DNA of 64,000 nt, taken from NCBI GenBank assembly GCA_047284725.1, contig JBJBEO010000001.1, positions 2,488,203 through 2,552,202 of the forward strand. Direction: 5' to 3'. The translations under genes and the position numbers were made by a program. This stretch comes from Synechococcus sp. (GTDB taxonomy: Bacteria; Cyanobacteriota; Cyanobacteriia; PCC-6307; Cyanobiaceae). The notes beneath the pieces were generated by a model. That model did not search any database. It was not told the origin of the DNA and worked only from the letters and a program-made list of their open reading frames with translations. Shown piece by piece: positions 11,501 to 22,222 of this stretch (its first letter is position 1; each line of letters starts with the position of its first letter).

Positions 11501-11956
11501 TTAGAATGGACCATTGGCGTTCCCGTTGATGAATCCAGAAGGAAGATTGGAATATAGAATTTCCCAAAGACTTGGTCGCTTGAGGAGATCTCGTTTGGCC
11601 TCATCAATCAGTTGAGCTCGGCTGTTGTCATCGATTTCCAGTGCGTTGCATAAGCGATCGAATGCAAGTCGCTCATCGTGGTTCACTGAAAACTGGTAAT
11701 CTTCCCGTGATGAAGCAATGACCATATAGGCAAGCTTGGCTGTGAGCAATCTGTGGTCTTCATGGAGTTCAGTCACGAGCTTTTCGATGTGGTCTGGGTG
11801 ATTGAACTCAACAGCCCATGAGGGAATCGAGGCATCTTTCAAGTAACGTTGACTGAGGTCATCTAGTAGCTCTTCTTCTTCCGGTGCAACGTTTCCATCT
11901 GCAATCGCCATCAAATTGAGAATCTGAATCATGATCGCTGCTGAACGAAAATCCAT
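11501..11956 (-). CDS. TerB-like (tellurite resistance fold) protein
   Basis: LMAIADGNVAPEEEELL and VNHDERLAFDRL match the duplicated TerB A-D-G-x4-E pattern. Confidence 0.7.
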   Translation of the reverse strand: MDFRSAAIMIQILNLMAIADGNVAPEEEELLDDLSQRYLKDASIPSWAVEFNHPDHIEKLVTELHEDHRLLTAKLAYMVIASSREDYQFSVNHDERLAFDRLCNALEIDDNSRAQLIDEAKRDLLKRPSLWEILYSNLPSGFINGNANGPF

Positions 11957-11959
11957 CAC

Positions 11960-12260
11960 AGACTGAAGGCTTCCTCTTGTTTAACTCCTTAATCTCCTTT
12001 AGTGCCAATTTCTCTCTTTCTATCAAGCTTTCATCGCAACCAAGTTGCTTTGAGACCATCTGGGTGTCTTTTGATCAGCAGATTCCCTGCTTGCAACTGC
12101 ACTCCATCCCAGGTGAGATCGATTGATTCGTCCTTGTGCAGTCCGGTCTTTCACCATGGAGCACCTATGGAGACAACCAGCTCTCATCGGCCTTGAGATC
12201 CTCTTGCCTTCGCCTCACCGGCACCATCACTCGAATTGCCTGAAATGCTTCGTTTTGGTC
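11960..12260 (-). pseudogene. Possible degenerate tyrosine recombinase/integrase fragment
   Basis: Minus-strand frame reads KTGLHKDESIDLTWDGVQLQAGNLLIKR, resembling the box I (T/H)GLRxxExxxLxWxDVDL motif; flanked by stops, catalytic Arg appears as His. Confidence 0.4.
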
Positions 12261-12734
12261 GCCCAGTGCGGCTGGTGTTGAGGCTCTTTGACTTTGTTGA
12301 TGGCTCAATATCCTGCTTCTGTCTCCAGGTCACAAAGGCTTCTGTCTTTGTTTTGGTTCTTATTGGCTGTCCGTCCCACTGAACGCCCTGGTCCGCGTGA
12401 GTCTTGTCTGCCGGTCACTTGGACTCCATCAATCGCTTCAGTTCAGAAGATCCGATTCCTTTTTATCCACGAGGGGGGCGATCGCTGCTTGGTAATTTAT
12501 CCATTTCCCCCCTAATGGGTGTTGCTCCAGATCTCAGTCGAGATCACTTCCACCTTGCCAAACGTATTGGAGTGAGAGTTCACTTCTATCTGCCTCTGTT
12601 CAAGACCTATGGTTCATTTAGTTAATGTTTGATTCATATTACAGGTGCTATATTTGGCTAATGGCTCGCTTTTGCTGAATATCTTATATTTTGCTAGCCT
12701 TGGCAAAGAATGTTTGAGTAAAACTCTATAAAGC

Positions 12735-13889
12735 GTGACGATCCATCAAAAGTCGAGAGAAATTTTCACTAACGTGCGGAGTTTTTTTATTCCGTCAGTT
12801 GACGACTCTTCACCGGAACTTCTCGGTGATCAGTTTGTTGGTCTTTTCTGCTTAGTTGCGGCGTCTGTTCATTTTGTGATGGTTGTGACTTCTCAGCATG
12901 TGGTTGATGCGGGGATTTGGGAACGGTTATCGTTGCTTGTGGTGGCAGTTTGTTATGGCATCTGGCGACTTAGATGGAAATTTCCTGCTGCCGATCATCT
13001 ATCTCTCTCACGCAAGATAAGTCGGTTTTTGGCACTTTGGGTTTGTTTTCGTTGGTTGGCGATCTGGATGTCTCCAAATCCGGACACGTTATACATTAAT
13101 GTTGTTAGTGGATTGTTGTATATGCCACTATTACTTGCATGTCTTAATCTTTTAAGCATCGAAAGGCGAACTATTTTGCTTGTTACTATATGCTTTATCG
13201 TTTCACCCATACTGTTCAGCAATCAAATCTTATTACGCTTAACTCCTTTCCGTGACTGGCGCCTTAGTGTCAGTCTGGCCGGATTTTATTTGGTTTTTAG
13301 CTATCTTTTGTCTTCTATTCTTAGCTTAAAAGCCCAAGTCTCTAAGTTGACTGCAAGCAATGTGGTACTTGGCCATACTGCAATGACTGATTCGCTTACT
13401 CAATTACTCAATAGACGAGGTTTCGAGAATTTGCGTCAGCGCTTTAATCATCAAAATAGCGGGATTATTATGCTAGATGTTGATCATTTTAAGTTTATCA
13501 ATGATACACTAGGGCATGATATTGGTGATGCCGTCCTTGCGGCCCTTGCATCTACCATTCAGCAAGTGACTCGGACTGAAGACCTAGTGTCTCGTTGGGG
13601 TGGCGAGGAATTCTTGTTAATGGTGGGCTTGAATAAGGATGGTCGTGAAGCCGAAGCCTTGTTATTTCAATTGGCTACAAAAATTCTTGCTGTGATCAAG
13701 GATTTTAACTGGAATCAAGTCCACTCCGAGCTTAAAACTGTCACAGTAAGTGCTGGAATTATTGTGGTTAACCACGATATTGATTTTCGCCAGGCATTGA
13801 TCGCTGCTGATCTAGCAATGCTGAACGCTAAGCGCAACGGGCGTGATCAAGTTCACATAGGTGAAATAGAACATAATTCGAAGAATTGA
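12735..13889 (+). CDS. Membrane-bound diguanylate cyclase (multi-TM + GGDEF)
   Basis: ~6 hydrophobic helices, TDSLTQLLNRR, DVDHFKFIND, RTED I-site, GGEEF, AKRNGRD. Confidence 0.92.
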   Translation: MTIHQKSREIFTNVRSFFIPSVDDSSPELLGDQFVGLFCLVAASVHFVMVVTSQHVVDAGIWERLSLLVVAVCYGIWRLRWKFPAADHLSLSRKISRFLALWVCFRWLAIWMSPNPDTLYINVVSGLLYMPLLLACLNLLSIERRTILLVTICFIVSPILFSNQILLRLTPFRDWRLSVSLAGFYLVFSYLLSSILSLKAQVSKLTASNVVLGHTAMTDSLTQLLNRRGFENLRQRFNHQNSGIIMLDVDHFKFINDTLGHDIGDAVLAALASTIQQVTRTEDLVSRWGGEEFLLMVGLNKDGREAEALLFQLATKILAVIKDFNWNQVHSELKTVTVSAGIIVVNHDIDFRQALIAADLAMLNAKRNGRDQVHIGEIEHNSKN

Positions 13890-14515
13890 CGAGAATTTAA
13901 TTCGTGACTTTGATAATTATGTACGCCAATGATCTCTCATTTACATGAGCAAAATCCAGGATAGGTTTTTTATGCGGCTGTATACTTTGCTTTTCAATAT
14001 TGCAGAAGCTTCTTAGCATGCAGATGATGGCTGCGTTGGCCCTAGTGTTACAAGCTATTATGAGTGGTTTAACACTTGGCGACATAGAGGATATACACCT
14101 TAGGTTTACTGCCATTGATAACATCTAATCATCATGTTTAGTGATGGATTTGCTATAGCCCAAAAATTTGTCAATGATCAAATATTGATTAGCTAATAAT
14201 TTTTGGATTTGCGCTTTATTTTATATGTTATTGATCCAAAAAGAAAGTGGCTTGTGGCTCAGCACGATTGAGTTATTTCTATCTAAAATAATTGCAGTAT
14301 TGGATTGACATAAGAAACAGCCTACAGTATTTATGTAATTTTTAATAGAATTAAGCTGCACAAGGCCATAAAAGACCTTCGTATTTGCCTTTAAAATATT
14401 TAATTTAAGAAATCTATGCAAGGCCAAAGTTATTGCATCAGTTGGTGACATAGCTAGTGCTAACCATCCATTGCAATCTTTAGAGTTAAGAGGGCTTGGG
14501 ATTAAGGCTTAGATC

Positions 14516-15424
14516 ATGAAAAAAAATATTGGGTTTTTTAGCACCAAACTTGTTGCTATGACAATCAGTATCACCGCGCTCTTAGGTTGCGAAGTTGGTC
14601 GGCAACAGTCAACAATTATGCGTCATCAAAACTTCTCAAAACCAGACTGCTTTGGTGATCAATCACGGCAGGCACAAGTACGAAAAATTGGCATCGTTCC
14701 GCAATTCACTGCAAAGACAATATGGACAAAATGGGGCCCTCTATTAAGTGAACTCGGAAACAACACTAACCTATGCTTTCAAATTTATGCTGAGAGATCA
14801 ATACCCTCGTTTGAGGCACAGATTCTTAATGGCAAATACGATTATGCCTATATAAATCCAATTCATCAAGTTATGACAAAAGATCATTACGTTCCTCTAG
14901 TTAAAAACGGAAGCTCCCTACTTTCGGGCGTCATTATTGTTCATCCCGATTCAAAAATAGAGACGATCCACGATGCAGAGGGAAAAGATTTATATCTTCC
15001 AGCGCCTAATGCTTTTGGGGCATCAATTCTCGTGCAGCAAGAATTTCGAAAACTGAAGATCAAAATACATCCAATTTACGTAAGAACTCACACTAATGTT
15101 TACTCAGCAGTCGGTAAGGATAAGGAAGCGGTTGGCGGAATGATATTTCGTACTTTGGAAAAAGAAGAGGTACAACAAAAGCTTAATCTGAAAATACTAA
15201 AGCGAACTAAACAATATGTGCCTCATCCTTTTTCTGTTCATAGATTAATTCCAATTCATGAGCAAGAGCTGGTCAAGTCTGTAATGCTAGGTTTTGCCGA
15301 AAAGCCTAATTCTGCATTTTTATTGGAAAATGTACAGATCCCACAGCCCATTCCAGCAAATTATGTTGAAGACTATATGCAACTTGAGACAGTTATTTCG
15401 TCTAAATCTGAGCCTAAGAATTAA
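14516..15424 (+). CDS. PhnD/phosphate-phosphite-phosphonate-family substrate-binding lipoprotein (orphan)
   Basis: Lipobox-like LLGC, IGIVPQF, YDYAYINP, PAPNAFGAS, THTNVY, PHPFSVH; no permease or ATPase nearby. Confidence 0.8.
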   Translation: MKKNIGFFSTKLVAMTISITALLGCEVGRQQSTIMRHQNFSKPDCFGDQSRQAQVRKIGIVPQFTAKTIWTKWGPLLSELGNNTNLCFQIYAERSIPSFEAQILNGKYDYAYINPIHQVMTKDHYVPLVKNGSSLLSGVIIVHPDSKIETIHDAEGKDLYLPAPNAFGASILVQQEFRKLKIKIHPIYVRTHTNVYSAVGKDKEAVGGMIFRTLEKEEVQQKLNLKILKRTKQYVPHPFSVHRLIPIHEQELVKSVMLGFAEKPNSAFLLENVQIPQPIPANYVEDYMQLETVISSKSEPKN

Positions 15425-15437
15425 TGTATCGACTTGC

Positions 15438-17507
15438 TTAGGTCCCATAAATACTAATCATACTTCCAACTTGGCTTTTTGACTTGTAACACGCTTTGTC
15501 AGCGCGAGAAAGAGCTTCTTGCAGACCGTTAGTATTTGTCGAGTAGATTTCAGAAATTCCTATACTTGCGCCAATGCGAGATTCTGGATGATCAAGATGA
15601 ATACTTAGTTCATTAATTTTATCTATTAATTGTTTTGCTAGATTATTGCAGCTTTCAGCACTGCATTGCGTGAATAAAACACAAAATTCATCACCTCCAA
15701 ACCTTGCAGCTATATCAGTCTCTCTAATAGTTTGCTTAATTGACGCTGCAACCATTTCCAGTATTTTGTCTCCCATCTCATGTCCCATATTATCATTAAT
15801 AGTTTTAAAGCCATCTAAATCAATAAAAAGGAGTGAGTGGGTCAATATCTTACTGTTGCGTTGATTAGACAATTCAAGTTCTTTGATTTTTTCATTGAAT
15901 CCTCTCCTGTTTAATAGCTTTGTTAATTCATCATGCGTAGCTTTGTATTTTGCATCATTCTCTTCATTCGTCATTGTTAAGAACAACACTTGAGAACTGG
16001 CTACAGCTGCATTAAATCCAAGGATTTGGATTAAATTAAATTTCGTACCTGCGAGAATTGAGTCATCTCTGCAACCGTTAAGTGAAAGCCTACGCCCCAT
16101 GATATTGATGGAAACAGGTTCTAGAACGTAATCGTTCTGATTACACATGAGATTACCAAAACTTGCTAGACGTGTGGACATGCCAGGTAACGTTGTGTCA
16201 CTAATTTCAAAAGACCATTCTCTATTATTCTCATTATTAAGCTCTGTACTTAGTAACGCTTCAACGTCATAAACACCAACGGCAAATCCCTCTAATTTTC
16301 TCTGCTCGTTAAAGCTAGGAATGATCATTAATGAAGCAATACTGTCTTTTTCAGCGTCTTGAACAAGGTTGATTGGAGGTGTAAGGGTAGCTCGTTGACT
16401 ACGAACCGCTTCCTCCAGTGTTTTTTTCCTGACTGCGTCAGACATCAAATCCAAGCCAAGTGCATTTTCATTTCCTATGGTTGGATTCAAATAGGTGACT
16501 GGTGCGTAAACATCACGAATACCTGCGACAAGTGTTGACCCATTTGGAGACATTTGCATAATGTCGAAATCACTGATACCTGTCTCATCTCTGACTCTAT
16601 TGACAAACTCTTTCCTGTCCTTAAGATTTATAATAGGTGCCCATTCTAGTGCCCTAATCTCAGGATTTTGATTTAATAGTGGATGGGTAAACTGATTAAA
16701 TTCGTCTGGTGAAACGTAACTGGATGCACGTCTAAGGGCAATTGTTGAAAGAACGACCTGTTCTTGATTCTCAGTCTTATTTTTTAACTGGACAGAAACA
16801 TCTTCCAAGAAGCCTTGATCTCTAGATCTTAAAAGATCACTGTTTGTGATATATTGTTGGTGAAAAAGGTAAAGTCCAATCAGTGCAATTATCATGGGGG
16901 ATAGGATTCCTTTCCATGGGAGATGAAAAAGTTCTGTATACTTTGTTTTGAAAATTTTGAGGAATACTGGGGCTAAACAGATTGCTCCTGAACTATTGGC
17001 TCCCCATATAACCACCATGGATGTTAGTAAATTGATCTCTGTTGTCGAGTTAAATAATAATGTAAGTAGTTGGGGCAGAAGAAAAAATAAGGAGCCTGCA
17101 AAGCATCCAAATAATATAAATCGTATAACTAGATCTGAATTGACTGGTTCCCAGTCTTGATGGTGATTAGGATTGCAAACCTCCGCCCCTATCTTTGCAG
17201 CTAAAACAACACATAGGCTCGTCAAAAGAATTCCAGTAAAGCCTGCATCTATCGTGTACAGAGTTTGAGGCCATAACATCTGACAAACGACAGATGCCAG
17301 CCCTATGGAGCCGAGAACAGTATTTGAATAGCGTATTGTTGCTGCAAGAGCTAAACCCGCCGAAGGATTAAATAATGAATAACTACCGTCAATCGATAAT
17401 TTATTTCCAATCGAATATAAAAATATATAAGCTAAAAACACCAGTCCGTTTAAAATCAGCTGCCAACGCAGATGATTTGTCGGCCATGAAGGCCTTAGGA
17501 GTCGCAT
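15438..17507 (-). CDS. Diguanylate cyclase with MASE1-like TM region and CHASE sensor domain
   Basis: N-terminal TM bundle (FNPSAGLALA); CHASE motifs IRALEWAP, YAPVTYLNP, NENALGLDL, TPPINLVQD; RETD I-site and GGDEF. Confidence 0.9.
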   Translation of the reverse strand: MRLLRPSWPTNHLRWQLILNGLVFLAYIFLYSIGNKLSIDGSYSLFNPSAGLALAATIRYSNTVLGSIGLASVVCQMLWPQTLYTIDAGFTGILLTSLCVVLAAKIGAEVCNPNHHQDWEPVNSDLVIRFILFGCFAGSLFFLLPQLLTLLFNSTTEINLLTSMVVIWGANSSGAICLAPVFLKIFKTKYTELFHLPWKGILSPMIIALIGLYLFHQQYITNSDLLRSRDQGFLEDVSVQLKNKTENQEQVVLSTIALRRASSYVSPDEFNQFTHPLLNQNPEIRALEWAPIINLKDRKEFVNRVRDETGISDFDIMQMSPNGSTLVAGIRDVYAPVTYLNPTIGNENALGLDLMSDAVRKKTLEEAVRSQRATLTPPINLVQDAEKDSIASLMIIPSFNEQRKLEGFAVGVYDVEALLSTELNNENNREWSFEISDTTLPGMSTRLASFGNLMCNQNDYVLEPVSINIMGRRLSLNGCRDDSILAGTKFNLIQILGFNAAVASSQVLFLTMTNEENDAKYKATHDELTKLLNRRGFNEKIKELELSNQRNSKILTHSLLFIDLDGFKTINDNMGHEMGDKILEMVAASIKQTIRETDIAARFGGDEFCVLFTQCSAESCNNLAKQLIDKINELSIHLDHPESRIGASIGISEIYSTNTNGLQEALSRADKACYKSKSQVGSMISIYGT

Positions 17508-17712
17508 GGAAGGTAGTGGGATCTATATCACCATTATGAGTACATTTCTAGATCTTATTTTCTGCTTCATCAAAGCTTAAGTTATGAGGCTATAGAGGTC
17601 TTGAAAGCGTTAATATAGGGAGTAACAATTATTTCAATCGTTACTAGTCCTTGGCGCGGCGCTTGCTTTTTTGACTGTTGGGTCTTTGTCCTGTAAAGAA
17701 ATTCAATTAACG

Positions 17713-19746
17713 TCAGTAAAGAAAGCTTGGTTGTTGAGCTTTCCCAAATAAGTACCCTTGTCCAATTTTGTAGCCTATGTTTTCGAGGATGCTTCGCTGT
17801 AAAGTTGTTTCGATGCCCTCAGCAAGAACTTGGATTCCTAGCTCTTTGCAGGTCTGTGCTAGACATTTAACAACAACTCTTGCTTTTTTATCCGTCACCA
17901 TTAGTTTTGTAAATTCAACATCGAGTTTGACACTATCAACGAGCCCGCCTAGCAACCATTCAATACTGGAGTAACCGGTACCAAAATCATCAAGTGCAAT
18001 TTTCACACCAAGTTTTTTTATATTGTTAAGCCTTGAAAGTATAAGATCAGACCTTTTTAGTACGACTGTCTCTGTGATCTCAACAACAAGGTCTGAAAGG
18101 TCACAATTATGCTGCTTATTTAGCCTCAATATCAATTTGCTGATATCAGTATTCTTAAGGTGTGCAGGACTTATGTTGACCGATATTTTCCGTTTCAAGC
18201 CTGTGTCTTGAGTTTTCTTGAGTACGGAGAGTACATTGTTTATACAATAGCTCTCAATATTACCTATATCACCAGTATTTTCAGCGATTGGAATGAATTC
18301 AGCTGGCATGATCGTTTCACCATTGCTTTCCTCTGCCATCCTTACAAGTGCTTCTGCTCCATGGACTTCTCCATTCGATAAATTAATAAGTGGTTGATAG
18401 GCGACAATCAGCTTTCCATTGCTCAATCTTTTCCTGATAAGCTTCTTGATGTAATTTGCTCTTGTTGAAATTTTTTCAAGATAATCATCATAAAATGCAC
18501 AACTCCCTTTCTGGTTTGACTTTGCATAGTACATTGCACGATCTGCTTTCTGTAAGAAATCTTCTGCTGAACTGGTCTCACCCTGATGCTTAATTGCAAC
18601 TCCAATGCTCACGGACACTTTAGAGACTAATGCTTGAGGATGTAGAGTCGATAATTGATTGAGGCTTTCATTGAGTCGCCTTGAAATCTCTAGGACTGAT
18701 ATATTGTCATTAATGCGTTTTGCAAGAATAGCAAATTCATCTCCTCCTATCCTGGCAATTAAATCTCCATCTCTTACAGAGGCCTTGAGATAGTTGGCTA
18801 CTTCTTTCAAAAAATAGTCGCCATGTTCGTGGCCAAAGCCGTCGTTGAGAAGTTTAAAGTTGTCGATATCGCAATAGTAAAGTGCAAAATTGGTGTTTTC
18901 TATGCCTGAAAGTAGTGCCAGTTCTTTAATAAAGCATCGTCGATTAGCCAACCCCGTTAGCGAATCAGTCGCTGCGTATATTGATAGATTTTGTTCATTT
19001 TCCACTCTCTGCGATGTGTCTCGTTGAATTGAGATCCAATGCGTAAAGAGATCTCCATTCATGGCTGAAGGGGACGCTTTCAGTTCAACCCAATGTTTGG
19101 AATTATCTTTTTTCCGGTTAAGAATCTCCATGCTTGACTCTCTCCATAGCCTTAAACTGCTTCCAAAATCTTTAAGTGTCGTTACATCAGAGTCTTCACT
19201 CTGGAACAATCTCGGACTCATGCCCATTAACTCTTGATTCGAGTAACCAGTGGCACTGATTGACGCTTTATTTGCATAGATAATTAGCGGTCCAGGCGTG
19301 TCGAGCGGCTCTGCTAATGTAATGAGACAGCAGTCAGCAATATCATCAAGAGCTGATTTGAAGAACTGAATGGCATTTTCTAACCCTATATTTTTGCGTG
19401 AATGATTGCTCTGATTCTCCAGTAGTGCTATCCCTAGCCCTGTATGCGTTAGGAAAAACCTAACAATCCATTTTTTTTCAATCAGCGGCGTAGTATTTAT
19501 TTCGTAAAGCTTTGGCAGTTTGTCGCTGTATCTAAAATCTTCATAGACGGATCTTAATTCTTTGATGGTTTCAAAGAGATTAATCTCTTGATCGTCGCAT
19601 TGGTTGCTTATCAGTATTTCTTTTGCGGCTTGGTTTGTGTAGGTTATTTGACCATTCAGTTTGAAAAGGAAGATTGGATCGGATGGAAGCGCGAGCAAAT
19701 CTCCATAAAAACTATCTATTGTGTTTTTTCTGGGTGTGGAAATCAT
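17713..19746 (-). CDS. PAS-GGDEF-EAL hybrid diguanylate cyclase/phosphodiesterase
   Basis: PAS (IIYANKASISATGYS...SPRLFQ...WISIQRD), GGDEF, EAL motif GAEALVR, DDFGTGYSS, AEGIET, QGYLFGK. Confidence 0.93.
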   Translation of the reverse strand: MISTPRKNTIDSFYGDLLALPSDPIFLFKLNGQITYTNQAAKEILISNQCDDQEINLFETIKELRSVYEDFRYSDKLPKLYEINTTPLIEKKWIVRFFLTHTGLGIALLENQSNHSRKNIGLENAIQFFKSALDDIADCCLITLAEPLDTPGPLIIYANKASISATGYSNQELMGMSPRLFQSEDSDVTTLKDFGSSLRLWRESSMEILNRKKDNSKHWVELKASPSAMNGDLFTHWISIQRDTSQRVENEQNLSIYAATDSLTGLANRRCFIKELALLSGIENTNFALYYCDIDNFKLLNDGFGHEHGDYFLKEVANYLKASVRDGDLIARIGGDEFAILAKRINDNISVLEISRRLNESLNQLSTLHPQALVSKVSVSIGVAIKHQGETSSAEDFLQKADRAMYYAKSNQKGSCAFYDDYLEKISTRANYIKKLIRKRLSNGKLIVAYQPLINLSNGEVHGAEALVRMAEESNGETIMPAEFIPIAENTGDIGNIESYCINNVLSVLKKTQDTGLKRKISVNISPAHLKNTDISKLILRLNKQHNCDLSDLVVEITETVVLKRSDLILSRLNNIKKLGVKIALDDFGTGYSSIEWLLGGLVDSVKLDVEFTKLMVTDKKARVVVKCLAQTCKELGIQVLAEGIETTLQRSILENIGYKIGQGYLFGKAQQPSFLY

Positions 19747-20391
19747 GTCAACAACCTCTCTTCCTTAATTGTATGCGGTTCTAACGATTAGAACAATGAA
19801 TCTTTTAGAGTAAATTAAAATTGCCAATTTTATTGCCGTATTTTTTAGTTGATCCAATTGACCATTGTTTGTATTTTTCTTAGAGTTTAAGGAGAAATTG
19901 ATAAGAGATTGATTGTCGTTGATCTATGACCTTTATTCGAGAAGTCGTTCATAGCCAAGGCTTGACTTGACTAATTCCATGTTAAACGATCGGTTGGGGC
20001 GTGGCATTGGGACGTTGAGGTGCTGATGGTCTTGAGATGCGTGATAGACCTAAGCTCATCCCTTTTTTTGCATCGATTCATAGCGATTTATTATTTGGCT
20101 TGTCATTGATACTTTGGTTTTTGTAATGCGATGCATGCCTACAAAGGCCTGTGCGTTGTTGATTCAAACGCAAGCATCAGCAATCATCTCTTTAAATCAT
20201 ATTTTGTCGGTATAGCTTCGAACTGCTTGATTATAAATAGTACAAAATATCACCCTATTCTCAGGGCTTTATGGGAATCCTGGCTTGCTTGTGTCTTGGT
20301 CTCTCGTCCATCAATGTATCATTGGCTAATAATTTTCTAAGGACTTTCTGAGGCAATAATCATCGGATCATAGTTTTTCCTTTTTATAAGA

Positions 20392-22222
20392 TTGCCGACT
20401 AAAATATGTTGTTTCTATGATTTAATCCTAGCTGTATTTGATGTTGTGGCAGATCGACTTCTGCTTCAAGGTAATAAAGTTATCTGGATGGGTGGTCTTG
20501 CAGCCCTTGGTTTTCTGATCAATCTTTATCCCATCCCCCTTTTCTTTAGCGTCGCCCTTTTGTTTGGTTCGATTGCACCTGTTGCTTCGATCCTTGTGTG
20601 AGGTAGCTGGTGGTCGATCCCAATGGCCTCGATTGTTAGTCTGCCAACGTTGCAGTTCAGGGGACATCCCTATGCGAGTATTAATTTTACTTCTGAAGCT
20701 TTTTCCCTTTGGCAATTGACCAGAAAAAGATCGCCCTCTTCTTTTCTGGATCATAAAATTATTAGGCTTGATATTGTCTTTTGGCTCACGGTGGGCGTAC
20801 TACTTAATTTTATTTTTTACTTTAATATACTAAGCCTCAACCTTGTATCGTCGCTGACTGTCTATCTCAATCAAGTAATAAATGGCATTTTAAACACGTG
20901 TATTGTTTCCATCATCTTTCTCGTTGCTTCCATCTATCGACTTAAATGTACAAGCAAGGTGTCAATTAAGGTCTTGATCGTTGGCTCCATTCTCGGGTCA
21001 ATTCTTGCATCTTCGTTGTTGATCTCAACAATATCCAATTTTTTATCCTATCAGACATTGTGCATGGTCAAATTGTTCGATTCGCCGACATAGCGAGACT
21101 TGTAGTTAGTTCAGATGACAGAGCTGAACCATTAGAGCGTCGTAATCTCGAGCCTCTAAGCATTGTTACAGCGCGCGACCAGAAAAGGTCAGCATCCTGC
21201 ATTCCAGTCGGTGATGATCTGGAAAAAGCCTCTGTCATTTCGTCGTCTAAAAATCAGTGCCTAAGCATTCTTCTGGCAAATAATAGTTCATCTGGTATTA
21301 AGGAGTGTGTGAATGGTAAGTGGTATTTTGAATCTTTGGCCATGCCAAATCTAGTCGTTTCGAAACAGGAGCCCAGTCGTGAAGGTATCCTACAAATACA
21401 GCAAAATAGTTCCTATCTGCTTTTGCCACTGTTTTTGACTTCCTTCGCCGGTTATGGATTAAGTCGCTATATTTCATCATGGCTTAGTGCTCAGTTTGCG
21501 ACTGTTTCAAGTCATGTTCAGTTAACTGCTCCAAGGGAGATTTCAAGCGCTTCTCCCATTGCCGACCATGTTTTCGTCGACAAGTCTGCGCAATTGAATG
21601 AAATAAAAGTAATTGGCCAAGCGATTGCGAGTCATGTCAATACGAACAGACTGATTACAGAAGATTTGGCAGATATCAATGAAAGGCTGCAGGTGACGAG
21701 GAAAGAGCTTGAGTTGGAGTCGATTACTGATCGGTTGACGGATGTCTTCAATCGGCGCGCATTTGATCAGTGGATCGCCGTTGAATGCGAAAACGCTAAA
21801 CGCCAGAACACTCAACTTAGTTGCTTGTTGTGTGACGTTGATCATATTAAACAGATAAATGATTCCTGCGGTCATCAAATTGGCGATGCTGCCCTGAAAG
21901 CTGTAGCTGAATGTGTCAAAAGCCATCTGCGCCTAAACGATAAATTTTTCCGTATTGGTGGTGATGAATTTGCGGTTTTAGTCGTGGGTCAGCACGTCAA
22001 CAAGGGTGATGAGCATTGGCTAAGAAACTCTGCGAACTTGTGAATGGTTTGGAAATTGGTGAACAAGATCGCCGCTTTTCAATCAGTTGCAATATTGGTG
22101 TTGCGAGATTCAATCATGTGATCGATTCCACTTCTTCTTTGATTGCCAAAGTGGATAAAGCTCTTTATGAGAGCAGGCTTAATGGCCGTAATACAGTCTT
22201 TGTTTCAACCTATCTGATCTAA
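20392..22222 (+). pseudogene. Decayed membrane-sensor diguanylate cyclase
   Basis: ORFs 20392-20601 and 20623-21093 share a frame, separated by TGA; frame change near 21060-21093; the GGDEF part (to 22043) continues in another frame (22016-22222: SCNIGVA...DKALYESRLNGRN). Confidence 0.8.

Noticed and set aside
13897..14451. Short ORFs 13897-14124 and 14221-14451 in the AT-rich spacer
   Set aside because: No recognisable motifs or clear starts; more likely promoter or decayed DNA
12500..20390. c-di-GMP (GEMM) riboswitch in island intergenic regions
   Set aside because: Could not find the GCAAA...GAAA...GACGCAAAG-type consensus by eye
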